Shown here: positions 50,829-59,936 of the stretch, piece by piece | Layout of the letters: each line of letters opens with the position of its first letter | Position numbering within the stretch: the stretch's first letter is position 1 | Origin: a virus | Virus record (IMG/VR): IMGVR_UViG_3300016657_000126 | Coordinates: 88,885-152,884 of that record | DNA length: 64,000 bases | Reading direction: 5' to 3' (one strand) | The notes under the pieces: model-generated | Database searches by the model: none | Seen by the model: the letters and a program-made list of their open reading frames with translations, nothing else | Told to the model about the DNA's origin: nothing | Translations under genes and position numbers: made by a program

Positions 50829-53489
50829 TCAAGTCTGCGCAGGCGGTTCCGCTTCCTTGGTCTCCACCTGACGCTTAGGTGCGTTCGGCGGGCGAATGAT
50901 CTGGCGCAGCACCACGCGCTTCTTCAGTGCGTTGATGACCTCCGGAGAGTGGTCGCACACGACGAGCTGGGAGTCCTGCTCGTTGAGGCGCGTCGACAGG
51001 GTCGACAACATCTCCGACAAGCTCTCCTTTCCGGCGTCATCCAGGTGCATCGAAGGCTCGTCCAAGATCAACAGGCCGACATCAGGAATCACGAGCTGAG
51101 AGATCGCGAGAAGGCACGCCACCGACAAACGCACGCGCTGCCCGCCGGACAGTTTGTCTTGGCTCAGCCAAGCGTCCGAAGCCGAGCTCATCTGAGCGAA
51201 CTGAAACGCCATGGCGCGGTTGGGATCCGGGCGCACGACGAAGTCGCTGTCGAGCTGGGCCAGGAAGAACCCGGTTAGATCGACAATTTCTCCGAAGCGC
51301 TGCCGCATGTAGTAGATCGGCAGACCGTCGCGATGGAACAGACGCATCAGCTGGCGGAGGTCGTCCACCAGATTCTGCAGTCGATCATTCCGCGCGATAG
51401 CCTCGTCCACGGCGGCCTGGCGGCGCTCCGCCTCACCGACGACGCGTTCCTGCTGGCTGAGCCGGGCGCGATGCTCGGCGCAGGCGCGCTGGTAGCGATC
51501 GACCGCGTCACGCGCGCGTTGCACGTAGGCGGTGAGATCGTCGACAACCGAGCCCAGCTGACTCAGCACACTGGCGAGCAGCGGGAAGTTGTTCACCGTG
51601 CCTGTCGCCTCGCGCTGACGGATCTCCTCCAGGTTCTTCATCGCCACCGCGGATTTCGCGGCGTTCTCGGCCTGCTCGAAGGCGGCATGCGCGCGCACCC
51701 ACGCCTCGCGGCGCTGACGCAACGCATCGAGAGTGCGCATGTCGGCCGTGGTGTCGGCTACCTCCGCGCGGTCGAGGCCGGAGGCAGCCTGCTCGGCGGC
51801 GCGCAGGGCCTGGGTTGCGTCTTCCGCCGCCCGGCGGGCACTGTCGCGGCGGGCGCGCGCCGATACTACAGCGTTCTCCAGGAGCGATAGCTCGGATTTG
51901 GCCTGCCGCTTCTTGGAGACGATGCCGCTGATCTCGGCCGCGCGCGCCGCGTCGATAATACGGGCAGACAGCTGTTGGATATCGCTCACACCGTGCTTGC
52001 GCAGAAGCTCGGTGCGACGTGCCCCAATTTCGCTCAGCTGCGTGTTAACCTGGGCGAGACCGCGGTCCAGCTCGGTGTATTTGTTGCGGGCCTCGAGGTA
52101 GGCGGTGTTCACCTTCTGCGTCTCGGCGACGGCCGCGTCTAGCGCGGCTTTGGCCTCGGCCAGCTTCTTGGGACCCAGCCCGTCGGCGTCCAACTTCGAG
52201 TCGCACACCGGACAGCACTGCCCCACAGTTCCGCTGATGCGCGAAAGCAGGTCGTGCTTCATCCGGGGGAGAGCTTCGGCCAGCTGTGCCGTCTTCAGGT
52301 CCTGCGCAAGCTGCAGGCCTTTAGTCTGCAACTCGGCGAGTTCTTTCTGGAGGCGCGCCTGCTCGAGGGGAAGCGGGGTCAACCGCTGCGTCAGCTGGTT
52401 GAACTCCGCTACCGCAGTCGCCGCCGCCGTGGAGCTCTGCAGCTGCACCTCGAGCGTTTCGAGCGGGATACCTTCTTGGAGGATCCGCTGCGACTCGGCC
52501 AAGCGACCCTCGCTTTGCTGGACCTCTGCCTCGGCGACGGAGATGGCTCCAGTCGCGTTCTTGGCGTTGAGGGCCGCGCGGTCGCGCGCGTCGAGAAGCG
52601 CGACCTTCGCCGCGTTCACTTTTATGCGCTGGTCGAGCGCGGCGATGTGCGCGTCCGCCGCTTCCGTGTCGCTCACTCCTATCGTGGAAACGTAGGTGGC
52701 GGCGGCCTCGCTCCGCCGCACGCTGGCGAGGTTCAGGGCCTGCTGGGTTGTCGCCACCGCGCGCCCGGTGCTGACCAGCTGCTCGGACTCGGTGGCCCAG
52801 CTGTTGAACGCCTGGATGGCCGTGGCGTCGATTTCGGGATGTGCGTTGGACTCGCCGATGAGACGGTGCAGCTCCTGCCGGGCGGCCGAAACGGCGCCGA
52901 CCGCCTCGTCCCGCGTAGTGGTGAGATCCTTCAGATTGGTGCTCAGCGCGGTGACGCGCGCAGACAGTTGCTCATGGATCTGCCCGCAGAAGGAAACCAG
53001 CAGCATGCGCGCGAACAGTTTCTCGCGCGCGGCGTCTTCGCCGAACAGCATGGACTGCAGGTCGCCCTGCGCCACGAATACCGCGTTGTCCAGCGCCTGA
53101 TGATCGGCGCTCAAAATGCTCGCGAGCGTAGAACGGATCTCGGCGGCGCTCTTGATGGCATTCTTCCCGGTGCGGTCGCCCCACTCCATGTATTGGCGCG
53201 GGCTCTTGCCTACCTGGCGGAATATTTTTCCCACCTGCCCGCCTTTGGAGAAGCGGACGGTGACATGCCCGTTGGACGGCGTGTTCGGCGCAGGCGGGTC
53301 CGAGAAGTCGCGAACGTAGGTTTCTGCCGGGTCGTCGAGCAGGCCGGTAAACGCGAACCGGAGCGCGCGGAGAAGCGTGCTCTTTCCCGTGCCATTGGGA
53401 CCGAGGATGCCGACTACCGGAGCATCCAGGTCGGCGTTGAGGTTGCTGTGGGGTCCGAAGTCGACCAGAGAGGCTTCAAGAATGCGCAT
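50829..53489 (-). CDS. sbcC: SbcC/Rad50-like SMC ATPase
   Basis: GPNGTGKST, Q-loop VAQG, coiled coil with CPVC hook, LSGGQ, LILDEP, VCDH; start at MRILEASL. Confidence 0.93.
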   Translation of the reverse strand: MRILEASLVDFGPHSNLNADLDAPVVGILGPNGTGKSTLLRALRFAFTGLLDDPAETYVRDFSDPPAPNTPSNGHVTVRFSKGGQVGKIFRQVGKSPRQYMEWGDRTGKNAIKSAAEIRSTLASILSADHQALDNAVFVAQGDLQSMLFGEDAAREKLFARMLLVSFCGQIHEQLSARVTALSTNLKDLTTTRDEAVGAVSAARQELHRLIGESNAHPEIDATAIQAFNSWATESEQLVSTGRAVATTQQALNLASVRRSEAAATYVSTIGVSDTEAADAHIAALDQRIKVNAAKVALLDARDRAALNAKNATGAISVAEAEVQQSEGRLAESQRILQEGIPLETLEVQLQSSTAAATAVAEFNQLTQRLTPLPLEQARLQKELAELQTKGLQLAQDLKTAQLAEALPRMKHDLLSRISGTVGQCCPVCDSKLDADGLGPKKLAEAKAALDAAVAETQKVNTAYLEARNKYTELDRGLAQVNTQLSEIGARRTELLRKHGVSDIQQLSARIIDAARAAEISGIVSKKRQAKSELSLLENAVVSARARRDSARRAAEDATQALRAAEQAASGLDRAEVADTTADMRTLDALRQRREAWVRAHAAFEQAENAAKSAVAMKNLEEIRQREATGTVNNFPLLASVLSQLGSVVDDLTAYVQRARDAVDRYQRACAEHRARLSQQERVVGEAERRQAAVDEAIARNDRLQNLVDDLRQLMRLFHRDGLPIYYMRQRFGEIVDLTGFFLAQLDSDFVVRPDPNRAMAFQFAQMSSASDAWLSQDKLSGGQRVRLSVACLLAISQLVIPDVGLLILDEPSMHLDDAGKESLSEMLSTLSTRLNEQDSQLVVCDHSPEVINALKKRVVLRQIIRPPNAPKRQVETKEAEPPAQT

Positions 53490-54645
53490 CGGCGGGAGGG
53501 GGAGGAAGGAGGGCGGCTGACGCAGTGCTCTTCTCGATGTAGGCATCGATTAGGCGCGCGGAGTCCGCGGGATTTGTGAGTAGGTCCATGGCCAGCGCAT
53601 AGGGACGCGCCGTCGTAGGCATCAGCACCGAGGCGGCTTCACGCAGCGAGGCCGCCTTGTTGAACGTGGGGATCACGCGACCAGGCTCGGGGGCGCGCTT
53701 ATCCGTGTCATAGCCGGCGGCGCGAATGATCGCGTTTGACCCGGCCAGCACGGCGTTGATGCGCCCGCGGACATCGCTCACGTCCGGATTGAACCGGATG
53801 TAGACGATCGGGTCGCGATCAGCGGCCGCCCGCAGACGAGCGATGGCGGATTCCATGTCCGACTCTGCCGCGATGTGGATAGGAATCACGGGCCGCGACG
53901 ACGTGACGGGGATGGTTTTCACCTCCTTCACCGTCGAGCGGAAGTTCCCATCGCGCTGGAGCGTTACCAGGAAAAACGACTTGCTCAGCGGCTCGCCGCT
54001 CTGAGTGATCTCCGTCGAGCCAGGCATGGCGACGGTGGTTGGTCCGAGCGGCGTCTGGACGGTCTCGATGGCCGGAATGTGGATGTCTCCGCAGGCGACG
54101 TAGGAGAAGCGCTCAAGCGGCATGGCAGCCGCCTGCATGCTCGAGTCAGAACTGGCGCCGGAAGAAACGATGTCGACCGCGGCGTGGATAACCAGCACAT
54201 CGGCGGGCGCGCAGTTACCGAGCTTCTGCTTCATCTCCTCGATGCCGGTGTGGTCGATTCCGCAGATGGTGAAACCGTTTTTCGTCTTCACCTGACTGAC
54301 TTTGCCCAGCGGGATGATGTGGCAGTTTTCCGGATTGCTCTTGGAGTATTCCTGGAACCAGTGCGGGTCACCTCCGTCGTGATTTCCTGTCACGACGAGC
54401 AGTCGGATATTGCGGTCCTTCAGCCGCTGGTGGATCCGATTTAATACGCTGAACAAGCCGGCCGACATGACCGGGCGATTGAGCGTGTCGCCGCCGAGAA
54501 CCAGCATCTCGGCTCCGGCGTCGGCCGCCTTGTCGATTACGTCAAGCGCGGCGGAGCAGAAATCTTCCGCCCGGTCGCGACGCCCATATTGAATTTCCAA
54601 CAAGTGCCAGTCGGCGCTGTGAGCGAAACAAAATTCAGAGTGCAA
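53476..54645 (-). CDS. sbcD: SbcD/Mre11-like metallophosphoesterase nuclease
   Basis: HSADWH, LGGD, GNHD, GDIH, MPGS. Confidence 0.92.
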   Translation of the reverse strand: MHSEFCFAHSADWHLLEIQYGRRDRAEDFCSAALDVIDKAADAGAEMLVLGGDTLNRPVMSAGLFSVLNRIHQRLKDRNIRLLVVTGNHDGGDPHWFQEYSKSNPENCHIIPLGKVSQVKTKNGFTICGIDHTGIEEMKQKLGNCAPADVLVIHAAVDIVSSGASSDSSMQAAAMPLERFSYVACGDIHIPAIETVQTPLGPTTVAMPGSTEITQSGEPLSKSFFLVTLQRDGNFRSTVKEVKTIPVTSSRPVIPIHIAAESDMESAIARLRAAADRDPIVYIRFNPDVSDVRGRINAVLAGSNAIIRAAGYDTDKRAPEPGRVIPTFNKAASLREAASVLMPTTARPYALAMDLLTNPADSARLIDAYIEKSTASAALLPPPPADAHS

Positions 54646-55210
54646 AGTGTGATAGATAAAAATTCTTCAAGGTCTGGCGAGCATCGCTCGCCAGCGTATC
54701 CGCGACTTTCATTTCAGGTGTAGAGCAGCGATCTTCGAAGAGCGCGTGGACATCGAGGAACTTCTCGAAAAACTCGAAGCTCGCCCAAAGGTCTGGAGTG
54801 GACCGCCGAGAATAGAACGGGACGCCTGCGTCGTTTCTTGCGACGGCCAGTGCCAGAGACTCGCGGTCGGTTATCCATTTTACCGGCCACTTTCCCAGAT
54901 ACGGCGCGTCCGATATCTGCCGAGGCGTCCACTCCATCACGTCGGTGAGTATGGCCAGCCCGCGCAGCAGGCCCGAGAACTCTCCGCGCTCCGTCGAGCT
55001 GTGTGTCTCCGCGGAGCAGGCGTATATCGGGGTTCTGTCCGGGATGAAGATCGCGCAGCTTCCACCGGCGAAACCATCCGCGTGACCTGAGCCATCCGTC
55101 ACTATCTGAGCCACGAACTGGTTCGCCGGAATCTGAAGCATTCGACGCCGGATGGTGGCGTGGCATTCAGCCTGGGAGAAGGCGTTCGCTGGAGGTTGAG
55201 GCGTTTGCAA
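54635..55210 (-). CDS. Ribonuclease HI-like protein
   Basis: Catalytic DEDD set in IVTDGSG, TERGEF, WITDRE, VADTLA. Confidence 0.85.
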   Translation of the reverse strand: MQTPQPPANAFSQAECHATIRRRMLQIPANQFVAQIVTDGSGHADGFAGGSCAIFIPDRTPIYACSAETHSSTERGEFSGLLRGLAILTDVMEWTPRQISDAPYLGKWPVKWITDRESLALAVARNDAGVPFYSRRSTPDLWASFEFFEKFLDVHALFEDRCSTPEMKVADTLASDARQTLKNFYLSHFAL

Positions 55211-55727
55211 ATTTGCGTTCGATGATTGCTGAAATCTCGTTCTGAATCGGACCCGTGATCACCATTTTGACCATCGCGGCGGCGATCTCCGGAGCTGCCG
55301 GAGACTGACCTTGCGCGAGGATGTTCGGTATCACCTGCTTCAGGTCGACGACGTCGGAGCGCTGGCCGTCGTGCCAGATCTCGATCTTCGCCGCCATCCA
55401 CACATCGGTGGGTTTGTTGGTAGGCGCCGACCACCCCGGAAACAGCATGCTCTTGTCGGGGGCCTGGAGATAAAGAGCCTCGCGCAGCAAGCACAGGAGA
55501 CTCGTCATCTGAGGCTCCAGGGCGATGAATTTCTGAAGCTCCTTTAGCAAAGCCGCACGCTGCTCGGCGGCGGTGGGAGGGGGCGGTGGTTTTGGCGCCT
55601 CAGCCGGCGGCGCCACCATCAGATCCGGTGTTGAAGAAGTCACGGAGTTCGCTGTTTCCGGCGGTGTTTCCGCCTGCGGTTTCTGCGACTCCGGAGTTGA
55701 GTTCTGTTGACTGCTTGAGTTGGACAT
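55167..55727 (-). CDS. Hypothetical protein
   Basis: 186 aa with a disordered N-terminus; first gene of the leftward unit, divergent from the terminase. Confidence 0.7.
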   Translation of the reverse strand: MSNSSSQQNSTPESQKPQAETPPETANSVTSSTPDLMVAPPAEAPKPPPPPTAAEQRAALLKELQKFIALEPQMTSLLCLLREALYLQAPDKSMLFPGWSAPTNKPTDVWMAAKIEIWHDGQRSDVVDLKQVIPNILAQGQSPAAPEIAAAMVKMVITGPIQNEISAIIERKFANASTSSERLLPG

Positions 55728-55828
55728 TCGGGACTACACTTTTAATCGGGGAGTATCCCTTGGTGCGAGCGCGAAAAAACCTGCTCGTCTTGAGCTTAGT
55801 AACCGAGCAAGGTGAAGTGCTCTTAGCC

Positions 55829-57688
55829 ATGCTTGATTTATACCGGACCCTACAGGAGTCGGTCGAGCTTACGTCTCGACTAGAGAGCTTGGTGGGCGAG
55901 TTGGAGACGGCGGAACGCGCTGGAAACAAAACCATAGCGGCTTCGCGCATGCAGCAGATCATCTCCGTCTGTGACGGAAACTTCAGTCTGCTCACGCCGT
56001 TCTTCTTCCCCCGCTTCACCCGCGATTCGTCCGGAGAGAAGTGGGTCCCGCTGAGTTTGCTCAGCCGCCCGTTTCTGTTGGACCTCATGCGCCTGGCGCC
56101 GGGCGAGTCTCTGGTCATCCGCGGGTCGCGCCAGCTCGGTAAGACCGTTGCCATCGTCGCGCGTGCGCGGATGACGCAACAGCTGATGCCGGGCCACCGG
56201 ACGATGTATATCGCCCCTATGACTGAGCACATTAAAACATTTGCGCAGAAGTATCGCGAAATGGAGCGGTCTTTTCGCTATCCGGTGGTCGACCGAACGC
56301 TTAAACAGAATCTGTATTTCAAGGAGTATCCCGGAAACGGATCGCTCCAGATTCTTCGAATTCTCACGTCGGCCGGTGACGCGCGCGGTAAAACTGTCGA
56401 CGACCTGATATTCGACGAGTTTCAAGACTTCGACGCCGGGCTTCTCGGTGACGTGGAGCAGGTGCAGCGCGCATCTAAGTTCCGCACGACTATCTACAGC
56501 GGCACGTCCAAGACCATAGACACCGCGCTCGAGGTCGCATTCCAGGACTCCAGCCAAGGCTTCTACTTCGTTCGGTCTGGCGACGGAAAGACATACCTCA
56601 ACTGCGGCGATCCGGAGACGGTCGTAGCGATGGTGCAGAAGGACGGCCCCACATGTCCCATCACCGGCAAGATCCTCAACATGCTCGATGGATTTTTCGA
56701 GCATGCCTACCCGAGTCGCATCAAGGATGGGCGCAAGGGTCTCCACATTCCACAGATCATCGTAAACGACTTCGTCCACGATCCGCTGGAGTGGCAGTTC
56801 ATCTACGACACGCTCCGCAAGCGCGGCGTTAACAAGCTGCTGCAGGAGGTGATGGGCATTCCCATCGTCGAGGGTCTGCGCGAAATCACACTCCAGCATC
56901 TCCAGTCGATTTGTGTTCTAGGTGACCCGGCCGAACTTCGGAAACGCGCCAAAGCAGGCTTCTACCGCTTTATCGCTTCGGGAGTGGACTGGGGCGGCTC
57001 CGACTACAACCCGGCGGCGCGCACGAAACTCTCCTACACCGCGCACTGCATCATCGGTCAGCCGACCGAAGGGCCTCCGCACATCTTGTTCATGCGTAAG
57101 CACGCCGGCGTCGACTATCCCACGATAGCCGGGATGATTGCGAAGGACCATCGCGACTACTGCGCCACGGCCATGGCATCCGACTTCGGCGGCGGTGAGC
57201 TCTACCGCTACATCATGGGCCAGCAGGGCCAGATCAACCCAGCGCGCCACCTGGTCTTCCAGTATCAGGGCCCTGAGCAACCGATGGTATCCAAGCTGAA
57301 CACGGCGCTGCTCAACACATTCGGCCTCAACCGCACGGAGAGCATCACGCGCCTGTTCAGCTCGGTGCGCGACTATCCGCAGGATCTGCTCTGCTACGAC
57401 TGGGACAAGGCATCGGACGATCTGAAGGACTTCCTCAACCTTTACCGCATTCCTTCCGACTCGATCGGTGGAAAAGATTTCTTCACCTATCGACGTCACG
57501 GCGCTTTTCCGGACGACATGCTGCACGCCACCAACTTCGCCTACACGCTCATCCGTCTGATGCGCGGCGAGCCGATGGCGCGCGACCCGATGGTCCAACG
57601 CATGCTGATCGACGCCGCTGGCACCGGCGCGCCGATCATCTCTCCGATCCCTGGAATGATCCGCGGCGCGCGGCCGATGTCCGGCTAA
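55829..57688 (+). CDS. Terminase large subunit
   Basis: RGSRQLGKT Walker A, RGKTVDDLIFDEFQD Walker B, GTSKT coupling motif, GVDWGG and PDDMLHA nuclease motifs; start reassigned to MLDLYR. Confidence 0.9.
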   Translation: MLDLYRTLQESVELTSRLESLVGELETAERAGNKTIAASRMQQIISVCDGNFSLLTPFFFPRFTRDSSGEKWVPLSLLSRPFLLDLMRLAPGESLVIRGSRQLGKTVAIVARARMTQQLMPGHRTMYIAPMTEHIKTFAQKYREMERSFRYPVVDRTLKQNLYFKEYPGNGSLQILRILTSAGDARGKTVDDLIFDEFQDFDAGLLGDVEQVQRASKFRTTIYSGTSKTIDTALEVAFQDSSQGFYFVRSGDGKTYLNCGDPETVVAMVQKDGPTCPITGKILNMLDGFFEHAYPSRIKDGRKGLHIPQIIVNDFVHDPLEWQFIYDTLRKRGVNKLLQEVMGIPIVEGLREITLQHLQSICVLGDPAELRKRAKAGFYRFIASGVDWGGSDYNPAARTKLSYTAHCIIGQPTEGPPHILFMRKHAGVDYPTIAGMIAKDHRDYCATAMASDFGGGELYRYIMGQQGQINPARHLVFQYQGPEQPMVSKLNTALLNTFGLNRTESITRLFSSVRDYPQDLLCYDWDKASDDLKDFLNLYRIPSDSIGGKDFFTYRRHGAFPDDMLHATNFAYTLIRLMRGEPMARDPMVQRMLIDAAGTGAPIISPIPGMIRGARPMSG

Positions 57689-57972
57689 AACCTGGAACGC
57701 TTCATCGCGCGGTTGTAGGCGTGATAGAGCACGCCATGCACGCGCTCGTTCAGCCGCACGAGGTCCACCTGGCCGATTAGCGCCGTGTGGAGCATGTCGT
57801 TCGGAGCCTCCATCAACCGGCGCGCGGCCTCGGCCAGCACGTTGCCGGTCACCGGCGCTGTCGTCGCGGGTATCGTAACCTGCACCTGCGCACCGGGCGG
57901 AAGGTCCAGCGTCACGCGCTGCGAGAAATCCAGCACCGTCTGTCCCGGCGCATCGGTCCGCTTACGTGGCAT
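57685..57972 (-). CDS. Hypothetical protein
   Basis: 95 aa, convergent with the terminase. Confidence 0.6.
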   Translation of the reverse strand: MPRKRTDAPGQTVLDFSQRVTLDLPPGAQVQVTIPATTAPVTGNVLAEAARRLMEAPNDMLHTALIGQVDLVRLNERVHGVLYHAYNRAMKRSRF

Positions 57973-58159
57973 GTTGCTTCCGGAGCGCAGCCACGAACTG
58001 GCTCATGCTCGGGTCGCGGTGGACTTCAGCCACCTTTGCCAACTCTCTGTCCAGCTTGACGTCTTTTGGCGATCTGGCGCCGGTCACGTCCAGAATGTCC
58101 ATCTGAGCATCGATACGATGCAAATCACGGCGAGGTGCGCCGCGCTTAGGTTTCGACAC
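57962..58159 (-). CDS. Small hypothetical protein
   Basis: Likely GTG start (VSKPKRG...) within the listed 57962-58423 frame. Confidence 0.5.
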   Translation of the reverse strand: MSKPKRGAPRRDLHRIDAQMDILDVTGARSPKDVKLDRELAKVAEVHRDPSMSQFVAALRKQHAT

Positions 58160-58745
58160 GCTTAAACTCTTTTTGAATTTCGCTGCGGGGAACTCCCAAC
58201 AGCATGAGATCTTTTTCCAGCTGAGCGCGCTGATCGCGCATGAACAACTTGAGGTCGTTGGCGGCCTCAATACCCATGCCGCTCTCTTTGTAGGCGAGAA
58301 TGATCTCTCGCATGACACGCTCGTCAAAGTCCGCTTCTTCGTCTTCCTCGCGCAGCAACGCCGCGCAAAAAATTGCCCACTGAATCTCTTCCCAAGAGGC
58401 CCGGTCCACGGACAGATCTGCACCGAAATCAGGCATACCCTGCGTGAGGGTGATGGCAGTTGCGTGCAGGGCGTGGGGGACCTCGAAAAATGCGTCGGTG
58501 CCGACGAGTGTCACCATAGCCTGTAGCTTGGCCTCGGTGTCCTCCGGCAATTTCAGACCAAACTTTTCCTCGAGCAGCGCGTAGACCTCGAGCATCTCGG
58601 CTTCTTCGCCATGCAGCGCCTCTGCGCCCAGCGCATGAATCGCCAGGACGTATATCGCCACCGCCTCGGAGTCCGGGTCGCTGAGAATTTTGCGCGCGTC
58701 CGCCGAAGTGTAGCGCAGCTCGAAGAGCTCGCTTTCGGCGGTCAT
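58146..58745 (-). CDS. Acidic hypothetical protein
   Basis: 199 aa, ATGA overlap with the upstream gene. Confidence 0.7.
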   Translation of the reverse strand: MTAESELFELRYTSADARKILSDPDSEAVAIYVLAIHALGAEALHGEEAEMLEVYALLEEKFGLKLPEDTEAKLQAMVTLVGTDAFFEVPHALHATAITLTQGMPDFGADLSVDRASWEEIQWAIFCAALLREEDEEADFDERVMREIILAYKESGMGIEAANDLKLFMRDQRAQLEKDLMLLGVPRSEIQKEFKRVET

Positions 58746-59794
58746 TGCGTGAGAGCGAGCACCGTGCGGAGCAAGCGCTGCTGCGTCTCGAACGGCTGGG
58801 CGATGAGCGTGATGTTCGGATCTTGGTCGGCGCTGGCCGCGGCCTTGATGACCGTCTCGAGGATGGCGGCGTCACCGGCGCGAAGCTGCTGCTTTGCGCG
58901 GTTCACGTCGATGGAGCCTACTACTGCGCGCGGGACCAGCGTATGCGAGCCGAGCTTGTCGAACAGCACGAACTCACGCGCGGCCTTCACGACAAGCTCG
59001 CGAGGCGCGCCGCCGAAAAGAACCCCGTAGGGTGTGCCATGATCGCGCGGACGCTGAGCATTGAGCGTGGCGTCGAGCTGATCCCAGGCGGCTACGAGCA
59101 GGTCGCGCTCGGCCAGCGAAGCGTGAGGGGCTGCGTCGATGAGGCTCGCGTAGGCCGTCTTCAGCTCGGGGCTGGCATTTGCCGGAATGTGGATGCGCGC
59201 GTTGTCCGCGTCGCACTCCCGGACGACGCCGGCCTCGTAAATGGCTTTCGGCAGGTTTTCCACGCCGTGCTCGGCCGCGGCCTTGACGATCTCCCGGGCC
59301 GCCTGGCCGAAGAGGGGGACCGGCAGTGCGCCGCTGAAAAAGTCCGACGCGCAGCAGGCAGCCGCAAACGAGATGTCCTCGCGGCAGGTGATCGGATAGG
59401 CTTCGATGTCGGGACCCGACGCGCTCTTCACCAGCAATGCCACGCGGGGGCGGGCAGGCTCGGCGGCCGCGCTCTTCACCTGCGCCTTCGCGAAGAGCGG
59501 CTCGTAATGCGCGAGCTCCGCGGTGAGGTCGTGGGCGGCGGCCGCTTTGTTAAAGCGCTCGAGGACCTCCGGATCCTTTCCGCCGCGACCGCGATAATGA
59601 AGTGAGCCGAAGAACACGAGCTCGCGGCTGGTGAGCGGATACTCTCGATTCTGCACGTCGGCAAAAGCGGAGCTGTGCGTCCCGGCGAACTTCTCGACAC
59701 CCGGAATTTCGAACGCCCCGAGTTCGTCCGACCACGGGCGGAAGGCAAAGGCTTCCCCCAGCACCACGGGGTGATTGTCGCGTAGAATGTCCAT
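58742..59794 (-). CDS. Putative head-assembly/virion protein rich in K-x-A motifs
   Basis: Two YP(L/I)T repeats; EKFAG, VKSAA, VKSAS, VKAAA, VKAAR, IKAAA. Confidence 0.6.
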   Translation of the reverse strand: MDILRDNHPVVLGEAFAFRPWSDELGAFEIPGVEKFAGTHSSAFADVQNREYPLTSRELVFFGSLHYRGRGGKDPEVLERFNKAAAAHDLTAELAHYEPLFAKAQVKSAAAEPARPRVALLVKSASGPDIEAYPITCREDISFAAACCASDFFSGALPVPLFGQAAREIVKAAAEHGVENLPKAIYEAGVVRECDADNARIHIPANASPELKTAYASLIDAAPHASLAERDLLVAAWDQLDATLNAQRPRDHGTPYGVLFGGAPRELVVKAAREFVLFDKLGSHTLVPRAVVGSIDVNRAKQQLRAGDAAILETVIKAAASADQDPNITLIAQPFETQQRLLRTVLALTQ

Positions 59795-59897
59795 TGCCTA
59801 AAAGAACCAAGCCAGCTTACCTCGGTCAAGGTTCGGCACACCCACACCCTGATGGCTAAAAAGAAGAAATCCTCGAACAGCCCTTTGGCTGCTCATT

Positions 59898-59913
59898 AAA
59901 ATATACCACAAAA
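59898..59913 (-). promoter_or_regulatory. Candidate promoter motif TTTTGTGGTATATTT
   Basis: Divergent intergenic region; resembles an extended -10 and the two related motifs. Confidence 0.5.
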
Positions 59914-59936
59914 CGGGGTTCCGTTGCACGGGGTCT

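Noticed and set aside
47934-54645. Complete CRISPR-Cas locus (RAMP plus helicase plus nuclease)
   Set aside because: No cas1/2/3/5/6/10 and no array. The helicase lacks an HD domain and SbcCD is an ordinary phage recombination nuclease.
55586-55828. N-terminal extension of the terminase ORF
   Set aside because: It overlaps the divergent 55167-55727 gene and the intergenic region. ATG 55829 is the more plausible start.
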